DNA of 64,000 nt from Pseudogymnoascus verrucosus (Eukaryota): assembly GCA_001662655.1 (NCBI GenBank), contig KV460210.1; one strand, 5' to 3'. A program made the translations under genes and the position numbers. The first letter of the stretch is position 1; each line of letters opens with the position of its first letter. The notes beneath the pieces were generated by a model that did not search any database, was not told the origin of the DNA, and saw only the letters and a list, made by a program, of their open reading frames with translations. Shown here one piece after another: positions 1 through 12,642 of the stretch.

Positions 1-798
1 AATCGCAACAGCACCACCCAACCCTCCCCCCCCGCCGAAACCGCACCCGCGAAAGTCAAGAAACCGCGCAAACCTCGCCGCTCCTCCAAGAAGACCACAA
101 CCGCCGAGCAGGCCGCGCTCAAGCGCGAGACATTCCTCAAGCGCAACAGGGAAGCTGCTTACAAGTGCCGCGTCAAGAAGAAGACGCAGACCGAAGAGGT
201 TGTGGAGAGGGTTAAGGCTCTGGGAGAGGATAATCGCGCGAAGGCGGCGGAGGTGGAGAGGCTGAGGCGCGAGGTCGAGGGCCTGAGGGGCCTGCTGTTG
301 CCGCATTATAGGGTTTGTGGCGATGAGAGGGTTGTGGCGTATCTTGATGGGCTGGGAAGTGTGGGGGGTGCGTGGGGGGGTGGGATGGCGGCGAGGGGGA
401 GCGTGGGGAGTGCGGCGCTGGCGGGGTTGAGTTTGGGGTTTAATGGTGGGGAGGATGAGGAGAGCTTGGCGAGTTTGAATGGGGGGAGTAGGAGGCAGAG
501 CGTGGGGAGTGAGGGGAGTGGAGGGAGTGAGGGGTTTGAGGGAGAGGAACAGCGGGAGATGATGGATGAGGAGGAGGAGGAGAGGGAGGAGGAGGAGAGG
601 AGGAGGAGTGCGGATTTGGAGGATCTGTTTGCGGGGTCTGCGGGGGGTGGGAGTTTCGATAGTGGGGTTACGCCGGTGGTGGATGGGATGGGGGGGTCTA
701 TGGGAGGGGAAATTGGGATGAATGGGATGGTTGATGGGGGGATGGATGGGATGATGGGGGGGATGGATGAGGTGTTGGGGATGGGGATGGTTGTTTGA
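1..798 (+). CDS. ATF/CREB-family (Atf21/AtfB-like) bZIP transcription factor, 5'-truncated by the window edge
   Basis: Frame 1 is open from base 1. Basic region KRETFLKRNREAAYKCRVKKK fits NxxAAxxCR. It is followed by a heptad zipper, an LLPHYRVCGDERVVAYL tail like fungal Atf21-type proteins, and a Gly/Glu/Met-rich C-terminus. TGA at 796-798. Confidence 0.85.
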   Translation, partial: NRNSTTQPSPPAETAPAKVKKPRKPRRSSKKTTTAEQAALKRETFLKRNREAAYKCRVKKKTQTEEVVERVKALGEDNRAKAAEVERLRREVEGLRGLLLPHYRVCGDERVVAYLDGLGSVGGAWGGGMAARGSVGSAALAGLSLGFNGGEDEESLASLNGGSRRQSVGSEGSGGSEGFEGEEQREMMDEEEEEREEEERRRSADLEDLFAGSAGGGSFDSGVTPVVDGMGGSMGGEIGMNGMVDGGMDGMMGGMDEVLGMGMVV

Positions 799-899
799 AG
801 ATAAGGGGGGGGTTTTGGGGGATGAAGGAGAGAGAGTGTGTGTGTAGTGTGTGCAGTGTATGTATGCGAGTAACATTCGTTCTGTATATTTTTTTTTAC

Positions 900-1506
900 T
901 CTTTTGTGTGGGTTGGGGGTTTTTTCTTTGGTGTGTGATGTGTGACTGGGATGACTGATTGGGGTGTGAGAGTGTGTGAGTAAGGTGTGAGAGTGTGCGA
1001 GTAAGGTGTGAGGTGTGAGATGAGTGTGTGTGAGATGAGTGTGTGAGATGAGTGTGTGTGTGAGAAGTGGATGAGAAATAGTGGTTGTCTTATTTTCTCG
1101 GACTCGGAGGACATCTTTCTTCTTTTCTTTTCTTTTCCTTACTTCGCTGTTTTGTTTTACTTCTACGAATTTGTTTTAACTTCCGGTGGTGTTTTCGCTT
1201 TGCTGCGCGGTGGTTATGTTTTTTTTTTTTTTTTTTTTTTAAAGGTATCTAGGGGGGTGAAAAGGGGGGGGGGTTATGAGGGGTGGTTAGCTGTTTTGAA
1301 ATTAAAGGGGGGGAAATAGGACGGAATGGGATGGGATGGGATGGGATGGGATGGGGAGGCTCGGGCGTAGGGAAAACAGGACTACGTGTGAGAGCTGGGA
1401 ATGGGGATGGGGATGGGGATGGGAAAATTATATATATAGTGCATATGACGGAGTTATATAATTTATAGGATGGATATATGGAAATTAAAAGTATGAGGAT
1501 ATTTAC

Positions 1507-1542
<36 letters not shown>

Positions 1543-1700
1543 GGGATTTTGTTTATTTTTTTGCGGGGTGGATTTTTTATTTTATTTTGGAAAATATCAT
1601 AAGATGGACGGACGTATGGACGGATGGATGGATGGATGGATAGATGGATAAGGGAGATAAATGATGGACTGTATTGTTGGATGATGGGATGGGAGAGGAT
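900..1700. repeat. Cluster of microsatellites and low-complexity repeats
   Basis: GTGTGAGA(G/T)-based units at about 963-1063, poly-T at about 1219-1240, (GGGAT)n at about 1328-1352, (TAT)n at about 1508-1538 and (GATG)n at about 1604-1650. Confidence 0.85.
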
Positions 1701-3092
1701 GGTCTAGGAATGGGAAGGTGTTAATAGACAAAGATAGAATGCACACATCTATCACTAAATTACCATCACCGCCGCGGGATGGATAATAAGACACTATTAG
1801 GAGAAGAATTTCCACTGTTATTTCCCAAGTAATTATAATCATAGCTATATAATCACAAACGACGAGGAACACACATCACCCACCTACGATCTGTTTTGCC
1901 CACATATCATCATCTATATCCATCATTCCTCCCTCCCCTCCGTCCCTTTTTTTCCCTCATATCTTCCTCATCTGGCGAAGAGATGCGACAACGAAACACC
2001 CTACACCCTACAACAAAGCCTCCCTCCCCGCCCGCCCGGCCCCCGAACAGACAAGAGACCTACAGCATATCACCCTCTAGCAGCGCGATAATGGGCGAGA
2101 GAAGAAAGGGGAGTGAGTGATGGACCAGTACCAAGGATGTTGGGATTCGCCCCCCCCCCTTCCCCAATCCTTAGGGGCAATCGTATGAACCCCTTGCAAA
2201 GACCTCGCCCTTCCGCATGAACAAGCCTGTACTCTACTGCTTTCACATCCCCCGCTAAACATACGAGGTTTAGCGGTGTTGTGTGAAAGCAAAGGGTGCA
2301 AGCTCATCAATACAAAGGGACGGGATTGTAGCATTAGATGCATCCTGCTGCTCGAGGGTTGTAGGGTTTGCGACGGCTTATATTCGTTGGCGGGCTGCGT
2401 TGAGTTGATGGTGAGAAACACGGCGGGGAAGGGGGGAGGAAGGATGGGTTGCTGATACACCAGCTCCCCGGGCAATGTTGGACGGAAGCTGTGAAGAGTC
2501 TCTGGTGACGAAAGAGGGAAGGGGGGGGATATATCTTCTCCGACTCCGGTTCTAACAACGTCCTGCGGGGATCGCGAAAGACATCTCCTCTCGCTCTCGC
2601 TCTCGTGTTGGTCAAATGATAGCTCTAAGAGCAACCGTGGAAAATGCGTTATGACAATGAGGGCGCATGCTAAATGATATGGTGATGTGGGAAGGGAGGA
2701 AGGATGGTGAAAACCAGAGGGAGAGGATGGAGAAAGAGAAGGGCGGGAGGAGGGGAATGGTTATAACTGATAAACCGGTGAGGCGGTGAAGCGGCGAGCG
2801 GACGCCCTCCCTTACCTTCCAGCCAAAACGAGGCTATGCAACTATCCGCGACTGAGCTCAATGCGGTTATCCCCAACATATACACGCGAGATAGGGAGAC
2901 AGTAGAGTATAGGATATATGCCAGTACTCATTTTACCAGACAAAACTATACCCAGACTTGGCTGTAGACATTAATGTTCAGTCTCTCAATATATCAGTCC
3001 ACAACATAAGATGTTCACATTCTTGGCCTGCCACACTTCTATTCAAATAGTACATATGATACAATAAAAATCTACAGATGCTATCCCCCTTT

Positions 3093-4434
3093 TCACCGTC
3101 TGAGCGACTTATACTTATCACTCGCGTGCCTCGCCTCCCAACCTCTCGCCTTCTGCTTCGGCTTCAGCGCCGCAACCCTAATCCTCTTAAACTCCACATC
3201 CGCACCCGGAATATCATGCCTCTCCATCACCCCCTTAGTTCCCTCGTCCCACGTGCTCCTGAACAATCCCAACCCAATCGGCTTAACGCCATGCTTATCG
3301 ACAAACCCCCTAATATTAAACCCATCCCTCTGCACCCCCTCCTTCAGCGCCTCCACATCAAACACCTGCCCCGGCTTCTGCTCAAGCACAAACACGGAGT
3401 ATCGGTGATACGGCGTCCCCTTCTGCGCAAACGCCGGCAGCCACGGCAGCACGAGCTGCGATGCCTTATCCACCTTCGACAGCGGCAGCGACGTCTGCGT
3501 CGGCGCAATCGGCACGTTACACGCTACGTAATGGCAGCGCGAGGTGAACCAATCGTTCTCCGGCACGGGCACATCGGTATCAACCACCACGACACTGACG
3601 AGGCGCTCGCCCTTGTCGAAGACCTGCACGCGCAGCCGCGGCGGGATCTCGCTGACGCGGCTGTCGACGAACTCGCCCGGCTGGACGTTGCGGCGGCCGA
3701 AGGCGAGCTTCACCTCGGCGGTGGGGGAGAAGTGGGCCAGTGTGTCGGGGACGATGCTGAGTTGGGATATACGCTGCTCGATGATGAGTTTTTGGTAGGA
3801 CTCCCATTTCTTCTGGGCGAGGTGGCGGTAGATCGGCTTGTTCATGTCGCCTGGGGTATGTGTTAGCTGGGGGTTAAGAGAGCGGTGTTTGTAAAGTGCT
3901 AGACGTACCCTCTCCATCCTCGAAGCGCTTCTTGATCATCGGGTCGTTGATGTCGGCGAGGAGCTTTAGACGCTCCAGGTGCTTCCTCATGCTCTCCAGA
4001 CGGTTCTTCTTCTGCAGCTCACCACCTGGGACGGTCGATGCGTCCTGTGCAGCGAGTCTATCGATGCGAGCCCTCTCCGTTGCAATCTCAGCCAGCTTCT
4101 GCTCTCTGTCGGCCTGGAGGACAGCGCGAGCCTCCTGGAAGCACTGGTACGGCAGCTGCTCGAACGGGATATTCGGTGACGACTGAATAGCCGCACGACG
4201 ACGTCTCGAACCAATTGGCAAGATACCATGCTTCATCAAAGCCTTCTCTCCCCTGCGAGACGAGACGATCTCAGGGTTCCACTGGTGCTTTCGGGCGAGT
4301 TCCTCCTCAAAAGCCTTCGAGGCGGCCTCATTGCGGCTCGTGGCGGAGCTCGAGAATGTACGAGCGTATAGTTGAGGCTGCGTGCTCTGCAGGCACCTCG
4401 AGAGCGGCTTTACAGCCCGTTGGTAGCCCGACAT
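3093..4434 (-). CDS. MRPL35: Mitochondrial large-subunit ribosomal protein mL38 (PEBP-like domain)
   Basis: Exons 4434-3909 and 3850-3093; intron 3908-3851 (GTACGT...CTAAC...CAG). Arg/Ser-rich presequence; motifs IPFEQLPYQCFQEAR, INDPMIKKRFEDG, VVDTDVP and QKGTPYHRYSVFV. Confidence 0.93.
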
Positions 4435-4596
4435 TGTGGTGTTGGTGGTTGAGGTGCAATCCGGGGTTCGAGATTTGTCGAGGTTCGCGTGAGCGACGGG
4501 ATAAATTTCCGGAGCCGCATCTTGGCACCCCTGTCAACCCCGAACCTCAAATATCTTTACTGCCGGCTGGACAACTACTGCACAACCACATCCACA

Positions 4597-5580
4597 ATGG
4601 CGTCGAAATCTTTGTCGCGGGGTCTACAGACTCTGCGATCGTCCTTCAGGACGTCCAGAGATCCTCTTACAGTATGTATACCTCGTTATCCTCGCAATTG
4701 ATGCCGAAAAAAAATATTTACAAGGGATCTAGCAATGCCTCGCACCAGCGTTAACACGGTCAATGGCCACGGAAACGACCTTCCAATCCGGAATCTCTCG
4801 CAATACCGAACAGACGTTTGATTCCTCTGCCTCCGGAACATCTCCATTCGGTACAGCTATCCCCCTCCCCCCTCACAGTGCCCAGCTAACCCCCCCCCAG
4901 CCTCCGACGTCCTAACCACCATCTACAACTTCCCAACCATGGAGCCCCTCCGCTTCGAATCCTACCCAGCAAACCACCTCCACCTGCCCCTGCGCAAAGA
5001 CATCCTCCACCGCGCCGTGGTCTTCGAAGGCGACGCCACGCGCCAGGGCACCGCATCCACCAAAACGCGCTGGGAAATCCACGGTTCCCACCGCAAGATC
5101 CGTCCCCAAAAGGGCTCCGGCAGAGCCCGTCTCGGTACGAGACAATCGCCCATGCTCAAAGGCGGTTCTAAAGTCTTCGGTCCGCGCCCTCGCGACTTCT
5201 CGACCGAGCTACCGCGCAAGATGTACGATCTGGCCTGGCGCACGGCGCTCTCCTACCGGTACCGTCGTGGACAGCTGATTATCTGCGAGGATGGGTTTGA
5301 TCTCGAGTACGCGCGTGCGAGCTACTTGAAGAAGGTGTTTGCGCATAATGGGTTTGGAGCTGCGGAGGGGAGGAGCTTAGTCGTTACCACGGAGGAGAGG
5401 GAGAACTTATTCTGGGCGTTTGAGCATGCGGGGGAGGAGGGCGCGGCGCTGTTGGATGTCGAGGTTGATGTCAAGGATTTGTTGGAGATGGGGAGGGTTA
5501 TTATTGAGAAGTCGGCGCTGGATAACTTGTTGAGGGATCACCAGAGTGATTTGGTTGGGAAGCCCCAGTCGGCTGCTTAG
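4597..5580 (+). CDS. YML6: Mitochondrial large-subunit ribosomal protein uL4m
   Basis: Exons 4597-4671, 4733-4850 and 4901-5580. L4 signature RQGTASTKTRWEIHGSHRKIRPQKGSGRARLG...GGSKVFGPRPRDFST; N-terminal presequence. Confidence 0.92.
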
Positions 5581-6158
5581 AGCCGGGGTGTAGTATTTGT
5601 GTATAGATATGTATTTTATTTATAGAAAGTCATTGGAATGTATTTGAGATACTTTGGATACTGTTGCTCAAAGTGGAAATCCAAAGCCTCACACGTCACG
5701 AAATTATCATACGAATGCTATCCGGTAATAGTTCAAAGTATCCGATTCGTAACCTACGGAACTAAGAACCTATATGGTAGAGCAAGTTCAAATCAAACCT
5801 GTACAAGTTTGCCTCGCAATTATGCCGCTTTATGCTCCTCTGCCCATATACGTTGCATGCTCCCATCCTCCCATTAGTCCCCCTCGAAAGTTCAGTTATC
5901 CTCCTCAACTCCTACACATGCGTGGCCCCCTCACCCATTACTCCACCGAAAACTCCTTATTATCCGCCCACCTTGGCCCATCGAACGAAAGGAAAAAAAG
6001 GAAAAACAATCAAAGCCATCAATATTAACCGCCCAGTACTTCCTCGCCTCCCACATGCATCATATCCTATCTCTTACAGTAATCCAAACTTCCGATTCAA
6101 GTCGATATGTAATCCCTCGTAGGGCGCTCAACTGTATGCTTTGATGCCGATGAATAAT

Positions 6159-9100
6159 CTAATCGGTCTCCGAGAAGGTAATCAAGTCCTCCTCAGATGT
6201 TCCCCTCAACTTTCTTGGTTGTCTCTCAAACGTGCCGTAGGTAGCAACGGACTCCTCGGTGGAAGAATCCCTAAACTCTCTCAACTCCGGAATGGTTCTC
6301 ATTATAGTCGTTCCCTGAGTGTCCGTAGAATCTCCACTGCTCCTAGCACCATCCACATTTCCATGCTGCGTCGTTCCAGCAATCTCCAGTGGGCGGAAAT
6401 CTCTCTTGCCGACAACGGGGTACTCATGCACTCCCGCCACACGGGTAGCATCTACCTCAAGATAAGCGGAGTTTTCGGCCATAGCCTCGCTGATCGTGGC
6501 TGGGTTAAACTGTGAGAGTCTCTCCAGGTGTCTCTCCGCCATCTCGGCACGCTTCTGCCAGGTAGCAGTCTCACGCTTAGCCTCTCTGAGCTGCTCGGCC
6601 AGGGTGCTGAGGTCATTCAAGCTACCCTTAGTAGCGAGCTGCTTTCTCAAGTTGTCTGCCTCTTCGGTGCGAGCCTCAAGCAGTTTCTGGAGATTGGTAA
6701 TCTGGGAGAAAAGCACAGATGTACCCTTTCCTTGCGCTCTCGTTCCCACAGCCGGAGTAGTTGGTGCCTGGGCAGTAGCTGATGGGCCTAGCTTAGTGTT
6801 TTCAGGGTTCACGCCGTTGGATGAACGCGGATCAGCAGATGACTGCGGGCCGCTGAAGCTGCTAGACGAACGTGGGTCAACAGATGGCTGCTCGTGGCTG
6901 GAGACAGAAGTCGATCTTGGCTCGGGGGTGGTGTTCGAATCGTCCCAGATAGTAATTTCAGCCTTCCTAGAACGAGTTTTATCTCTGCCTGAGCGTCCTG
7001 TTGTGCCCATATTCTCGTTAGAACCGCCATCTCTAAGCAGGCTGTGGCTGGGTAGAACTGGGCTGCTGCTATAGCCTCCATCCATGTACGAACTTCTACG
7101 ATCAAGCTGCTTCTTGGTAGGCTTCAGAGCCTTGATTGGAAGCTGAGCTTCAGCCTGGTTAGTGATGGAAGAGAGCAGGGACATCGAGATTGGACGAGGA
7201 ATCTTAGTTGGTGGAAGGTTCTTTGGTGAGGCAACCTCCATGTCAAAGCCGTGTTGGCCGGTCTCATTCCCAAAGCCCTTGCTCGACTTCAGAGCACCGC
7301 GTGACAAAAGAGGCGATGAGTTCATGGCATAGGTTGATGGTGCCGCGATTGGGAATTGGATGCTATATCTACCACCGAAAGTGGCTTGCGATGTCATGGG
7401 TGAAGGAGATGGCAATCCGACAGTATCTTGGTCCACGGTGTTGAACTTCCCAATCAAGTATTGAATCCCAGCCGAATTTCTCTTGGCCGAAGCCGCCGGA
7501 TTTGCTGATGCGCGTTGAAGGTGTGATTGAAGCACCTCCGAGTCAGGCGCGAATGATGCACGCTTCACCGAGTGATTTGCCTTCTGTGATCCAGCACCTT
7601 CTAATTCCGTGTGCTTGAGAGTCGATATATTGGTTGGCGTGTAATCAATTTCCCCATAATCTGTGCCAAACTCTGTGGTATTGCCAGATGGGTCAAGAGA
7701 TTGGAATTCATTGTTGCTCTCAGACTTGAGAACCTGAGCGAGAGAAGCCAAAGACGCCATATCTTGCTCGTGAGAAACTCTCACCGAGCCAGATTCAACC
7801 TCAGACATCATCATAGACCCACGTGGTCCGCCATCAGCGAAAATGGACGAGCCACCAGATCGGAGGGCTGATCCATTAGACTTGTAAGCTGGAGTGTGTT
7901 TACCAACTGAATCTGGGATATTGAGAGAAAGAATTCTATCCAGATGCTCAGAAGGTGACTGTCCTGGAATGCGTCTCACACGTGGTGGCAGATCGCTGTC
8001 TGCATCACTCTCTTGGCTCTTAGCTGAGATATCATTGCTGTCACGCGCTACGGCGAGGTTGATTTGATCAAGTTTACGCCTCTCCAAATGCTCAGAAGGT
8101 GAGTATCCTGGAAGGCGGCTGATGCGAGGTGGAAGGTCACCCTCGACTTCGCTTTGTTGATCCGTTGGTGGGACCTTTGTGGCCTTTGAGACCTTAGGAG
8201 TGCCACGCTTGGCAATGGGCTGTTTCTTTTTCAACTGCATTGTGCCTTCTCTGTCTTCAGTCTCTTTGATGATTTCACTGTTTTCTGTAGATTGTTCGTC
8301 TTGTGAGTGTTCTACTGTTGTTGTGTTGGTGATGTTATCATTCAGTGCGAACGCCTCATTTGGACCCTGCGTTTGTTGTGTTTTGATAGGGGTCTGTACT
8401 TCCTGCGGCCTTTCCACAATAGCAGTTTGTCTTAAGTCGAGATCGACAGGATTGACGAGATTGGCGTTTTCAATCAATGGTTGATCAAGTAAAGTAGTTG
8501 TTGTTGCTACGCGTAAACCCGGAGGTGCGATGTTCTCACTTGGTGGTTGAAGAGACGAGAGTAAATCCCGATATAATGAGTCGCCACTAGAAATTGTTTC
8601 GTTCTCGGTAGGAGGAACGCCAGAAACAGCTCTGATAGTAGCTTTAGGCGTGGGGCACCCACAATCAAGGTGCTGGTAGTGTGTCTCGCTATTATCTTCT
8701 CTCGGCGGGGTCAATACGCTCATAGACTTTGAACCAGATAGCTTCTGGCTTGGCTGAGCCCTAGGCCTAGACCTTTTCCTCCTGATCAGAACTTCCTGCT
8801 GTTGGTTGTACAACGAAAGGTTACTTATGTTGTTACGGACTCTCAGTCGGTTGCCTAGGTGTGAATTGTTAGTAGACGAAAGTAGGGCTATAGGAGCTAG
8901 ACGTACGTGACGGCGGTGTAGGTGAACCGCTCCTGTCCCCAAAACGATTCGACTGATCTCGATCTACAGGATTCCAATCGGGAGGACGTCTAAGAACGAA
9001 CACGGAAGTTGACGACCGTAGGAGGGGATGTATTCCGTTTCCACGCTCTTGAATATGATCATGTTGGAATACAGACGACCCCACAGTTCTGAGATTCTTC

Positions 9101-10776
9101 ATATGCTTGACTACATCACGCCAGTGAGTTATAAGCATTTCTGCCACACCACCTGCAATCTTCAACTTGTCCGAAGCAACCTTCGTCTCTAACAGGCTTT
9201 CTTCAACACTTTTTGGCTTCCTATGCCTTGACTTCTTCTTAGGCAACGATTGCCCTTGAGATATCTCAACCGTCACTTCTCCACGGCGAGGATTACATTC
9301 ATAAATCAGATCTCCAACCAAAAGAGGCCCAAAGAGTGTTCCTAACGGGCCATATCCCATCAATTCATTGGTAGGTAGAGGTCTCCCATCTGAATCCTCA
9401 CGGCGTGCAGTCTCTGACGCTCTTCCAATCATAGATAGAAGACCAAAAACAGCACAGATCAGATCCCGCTGGAATCTCGATGGATGAGAGGCTATAGCAC
9501 TAGCAATCATACGGGGTCTGACCTTGGTTTGCCTCGTCTTCACCACATCCGGAGCTACGCCCATCTGGTTATGGATGGCAACCAAGGCCTCAAAGAGCCA
9601 CATTTTGCCTAGGATACCTCCTGGAAGCCCCAAAAGGAACTTCTTGAACGTGGACGCTACATCGTGCTCGTCACACTTGATATTCTCAGGCAGAGTTGGG
9701 CATCTGACGGTATCCCTTATAACATCGCCATCTTCATCTTGCGATGCATAATGGTCATATAATGCTGCCACGGTGGCATGTGACCCGGAAATACGAAAGA
9801 TTCCTTTCATGGACGGCCCTAAAACGGCATTAACAAACGGTTCCATGCATTACCAAAGCAAAGCAACACAAAGCAACACAACAACACAACACAGCAACAA
9901 AGCAATAAAGCAACATACCACGCTGGACAAGATACTGCGCCGTAGCACGAAAGCAAGTCGGCAAGCTCAAGGTCCCATGAGCATACTCAGGAGGCAAATC
10001 AAAGTTGCTCGATCCACAGAGACGCACAAGCTCTGCTAGATGTCTATCCTTAAAAGCATCTTTCTTTGCTCCGGGCATACGCAAAGAAATATCGCTGATG
10101 CTTCTCCTATGCTTCAGATCCGGCTTGGGCTTGTTGAGGGACAACAGAGAAGTCGTTCTCCTCAGGAGCTTTTTCATGATCCAACTCCCTGCCTTCCCGG
10201 TAATGACGACTTTGTCTATCTAAAGGGGTTGTTAGGCATCGGACATTACCACTGGGAATTAAACTGACCTGTTCGGATTCGTGGTTATCTGGTATAAGCT
10301 CAGGGATGCCATACTATGGACCACCAGTCAGTTAACAAGAACACTATATCGATGCATCCAGAGCGTTCCACATACCTGGTGGGCAAGTTTGTTGAATGTC
10401 TCGATATAATAGGTGCGGTCTCCAATATCATCGGTTTCAGTCTCCTCATCACTTGAAGAAGTCCAACTGTTGCTTGTTGAGTTGTATCTCGATCTTCTTT
10501 GATTGGCATAGTCCGGTGGAAGGTTCTCGCCCTGCTGGTTCATACTGGGTGGTCTCTGCAGCTCTGAACCGTTTCTTGATGGAATACCCAGCGGGTCTAT
10601 GCATGTGAATCAGCATCAACTGAAGCAGAGCTTCAAAGAGGGTGGTCAAGGGGCGGGTCAGAGGGAGTTCACTCACTACCTGCCAGGAGGCCTTGAGCAA
10701 TGGTCATATCTTCACCAGAAACTCCTCGGGCCATGACACCAGAAGCTCCATAGCTGGCTGTTGAATGAAGACCCAT
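6159..10776 (-). CDS. Large Rho GTPase-activating (RhoGAP-domain) protein with long disordered region and C-terminal coiled coil
   Basis: Introns placed at about 10676-10597, 10375-10314, 10268-10220, 9918-9819 and 8906-8855 join the ORF-track pieces in frame. GAP motifs GIFRISGS (arginine finger) and HDVASTFKKFLLGLPGGIL; coiled coil LFSQITNLQKLLEARTEE...WQKRAEMAE. The true start is uncertain and may lie further upstream. Confidence 0.8.
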
Positions 10777-11252
10777 CTTGGGTTGGTACAGCTATATACA
10801 CACCATGTTGCATTCATTGTGGGTGTGAGTCCAAGTTGGGCAGAGGGTGTCGAAGCGAAGATACCGTCGCTCCTTCCTTGTTTCAAGGCTGTGTGGGCGC
10901 CAAACCTACATATAACAAGCAGGAGCAGCGGGGAATGAGTAATAGCACGTTAACAAACTCAGAAAGGCACAGGTTTCTCAGCACAAAGGGTTTATGGCCT
11001 GTCATGGCTGATGACTGTGGAAATTTTCAGGGGAATATAGTTATGGCTGATGCACTGCACGCCTTTCAAATTACATGAGAAAAAAAAAGGTATCCTTCAT
11101 CATGGACGTCTATGAAATCTACGACATCATGCTTGATGTCGCCCGCAAGCTATTACACTACCTGGACGCCTTATCGCTATGCAACGCCTCTCATAAAACC
11201 ACCTCCCAGATATCCCCAGATGCTCTATTTAAAAGGAAGTCAAAGAACTTCT

Positions 11253-12642
11253 TCAGTCATATTCTTCGCCTTCGAGAAGGACGTATTTCAGGACATCGGA
11301 GAGAGAAAGGACGCCCTTGAGGCGGTTCTGGTCACCGACGACCACGAAGCGGTGGACTCTCGACTTTCGTAATGTGTCGAAGATGGTGTCGAGCCGGTCG
11401 TCCATGCCGCAGGTGTATATGCCGGCAAAATCATCAGATCGCTTGGATAGTGCGTCGCCCACGCTGGAGTCTAGACCATCGTAGGCACCGCCCTTGATGA
11501 TGGTGATCACGTCCACTGCTTCAAAGACGTTGAGCACACAGTTGTTTTCGTCCACAATGGGCACACTGGAGATTCTGTGCTCGACCATCATGTGGATCAC
11601 ATCGATGACAGGTGTGTCCATTGAGGCAGTCTGTAGGTTCGCATAGGACCCCAGACCAATTTCAAAGACACTCTTTTTGAGTAGCTCTGTCTGCTCGACG
11701 TTGACCGAGATGAATTTTAGAATGCGGTACTGGGTGACAACGCTAACCACCATCTCTCGTTTGGTTTCGTCGTCGATATCCACCAAAGGGATTCGCCGAG
11801 CTCGTGACTCTAACATGCGGCGGCAAGCTTCATAAAGGGGACGCATGGGGTGGACAGAGAGGGTCTCTATCGGTGAGACACCGATGGCCTTTTCAACATC
11901 TACACCATATCATCAGCAATTTGCATTTAGTATCATTTTCTGGTTACTTACCTCTTAAGCTGCTAAGGCGGAACTGGTCAATTTGTCCCAGCGCATCGGG
12001 ATTTTGCCAGTAATACTGGATAACATTGATATAATCCGATGTGGTCAAGAGGCCAGCAAAGGTTGACGTGTGAGAGTCCCACAACGGAGCAGATACAATG
12101 CCTGTTTTGTCAGCTTTGTTGGCTAGCACAATCAGGGATGGCAAAAGCACATACCATTTTGCAGCAGAATATTCAAGCTCTTTTTCACCAAGAGGTCGGT
12201 ATTGAGGATGATCAATCGGAAGGAGAGGGGCAAGACATCGTAGCTGGTGCGAACTTTGAGAAAGTCCCTGATTGCTTTCTGGATAGAACAACATGTGTCA
12301 GCGTGTGTTTCTATAGAGGACTGCCACCTCCCCGTTTGCCTGCTCCCGGCAAGCAGACATTAAGGTGCTCACGATGGCCCATGCACAAAGGCAGGCAGTC
12401 TTCGGATGATAGTTCCGGTAGGGTGTGAGACATACCAGGCCTTGCATCTGCTCTCTGTCCAGCACACTCAGGGATTTCGGTTCCATCGTTGGGCTTCTGA
12501 TCTCAGGGCGGAGGTATGTCTTCGGCTGTACGTATGGCGACTCGTGACCAGGTTTCCGGGCGGGCTGTGTCTGTGTCTGTGGTATGAGGCCCTCACTGCC
12601 CTTGGCGGGCGCGGGTGGCCGAGTCACTGGCGTGTCGGACAT
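11253..12642 (-). CDS. SNF4: AMPK/SNF1 kinase complex gamma subunit (four CBS domains)
   Basis: Spliced motifs [30 protein letters not shown]...[29 protein letters not shown] and [13 protein letters not shown]. First intron 12435-12279. Confidence 0.95.

Noticed and set aside
1997..2012. CACCCTACACCCTACA as a telomerase RNA template
   Set aside because: It does not match the CCCTAA-type template expected for TTAGGG telomeres, and I saw no such template in the other candidate ncRNA regions.
3078..3866. Long antisense ORFs over real genes (also 17910-18623, 19782-20405, 38011-38769, 52464-53465)
   Set aside because: These are shadow ORFs produced by biased codon usage of the sense gene.
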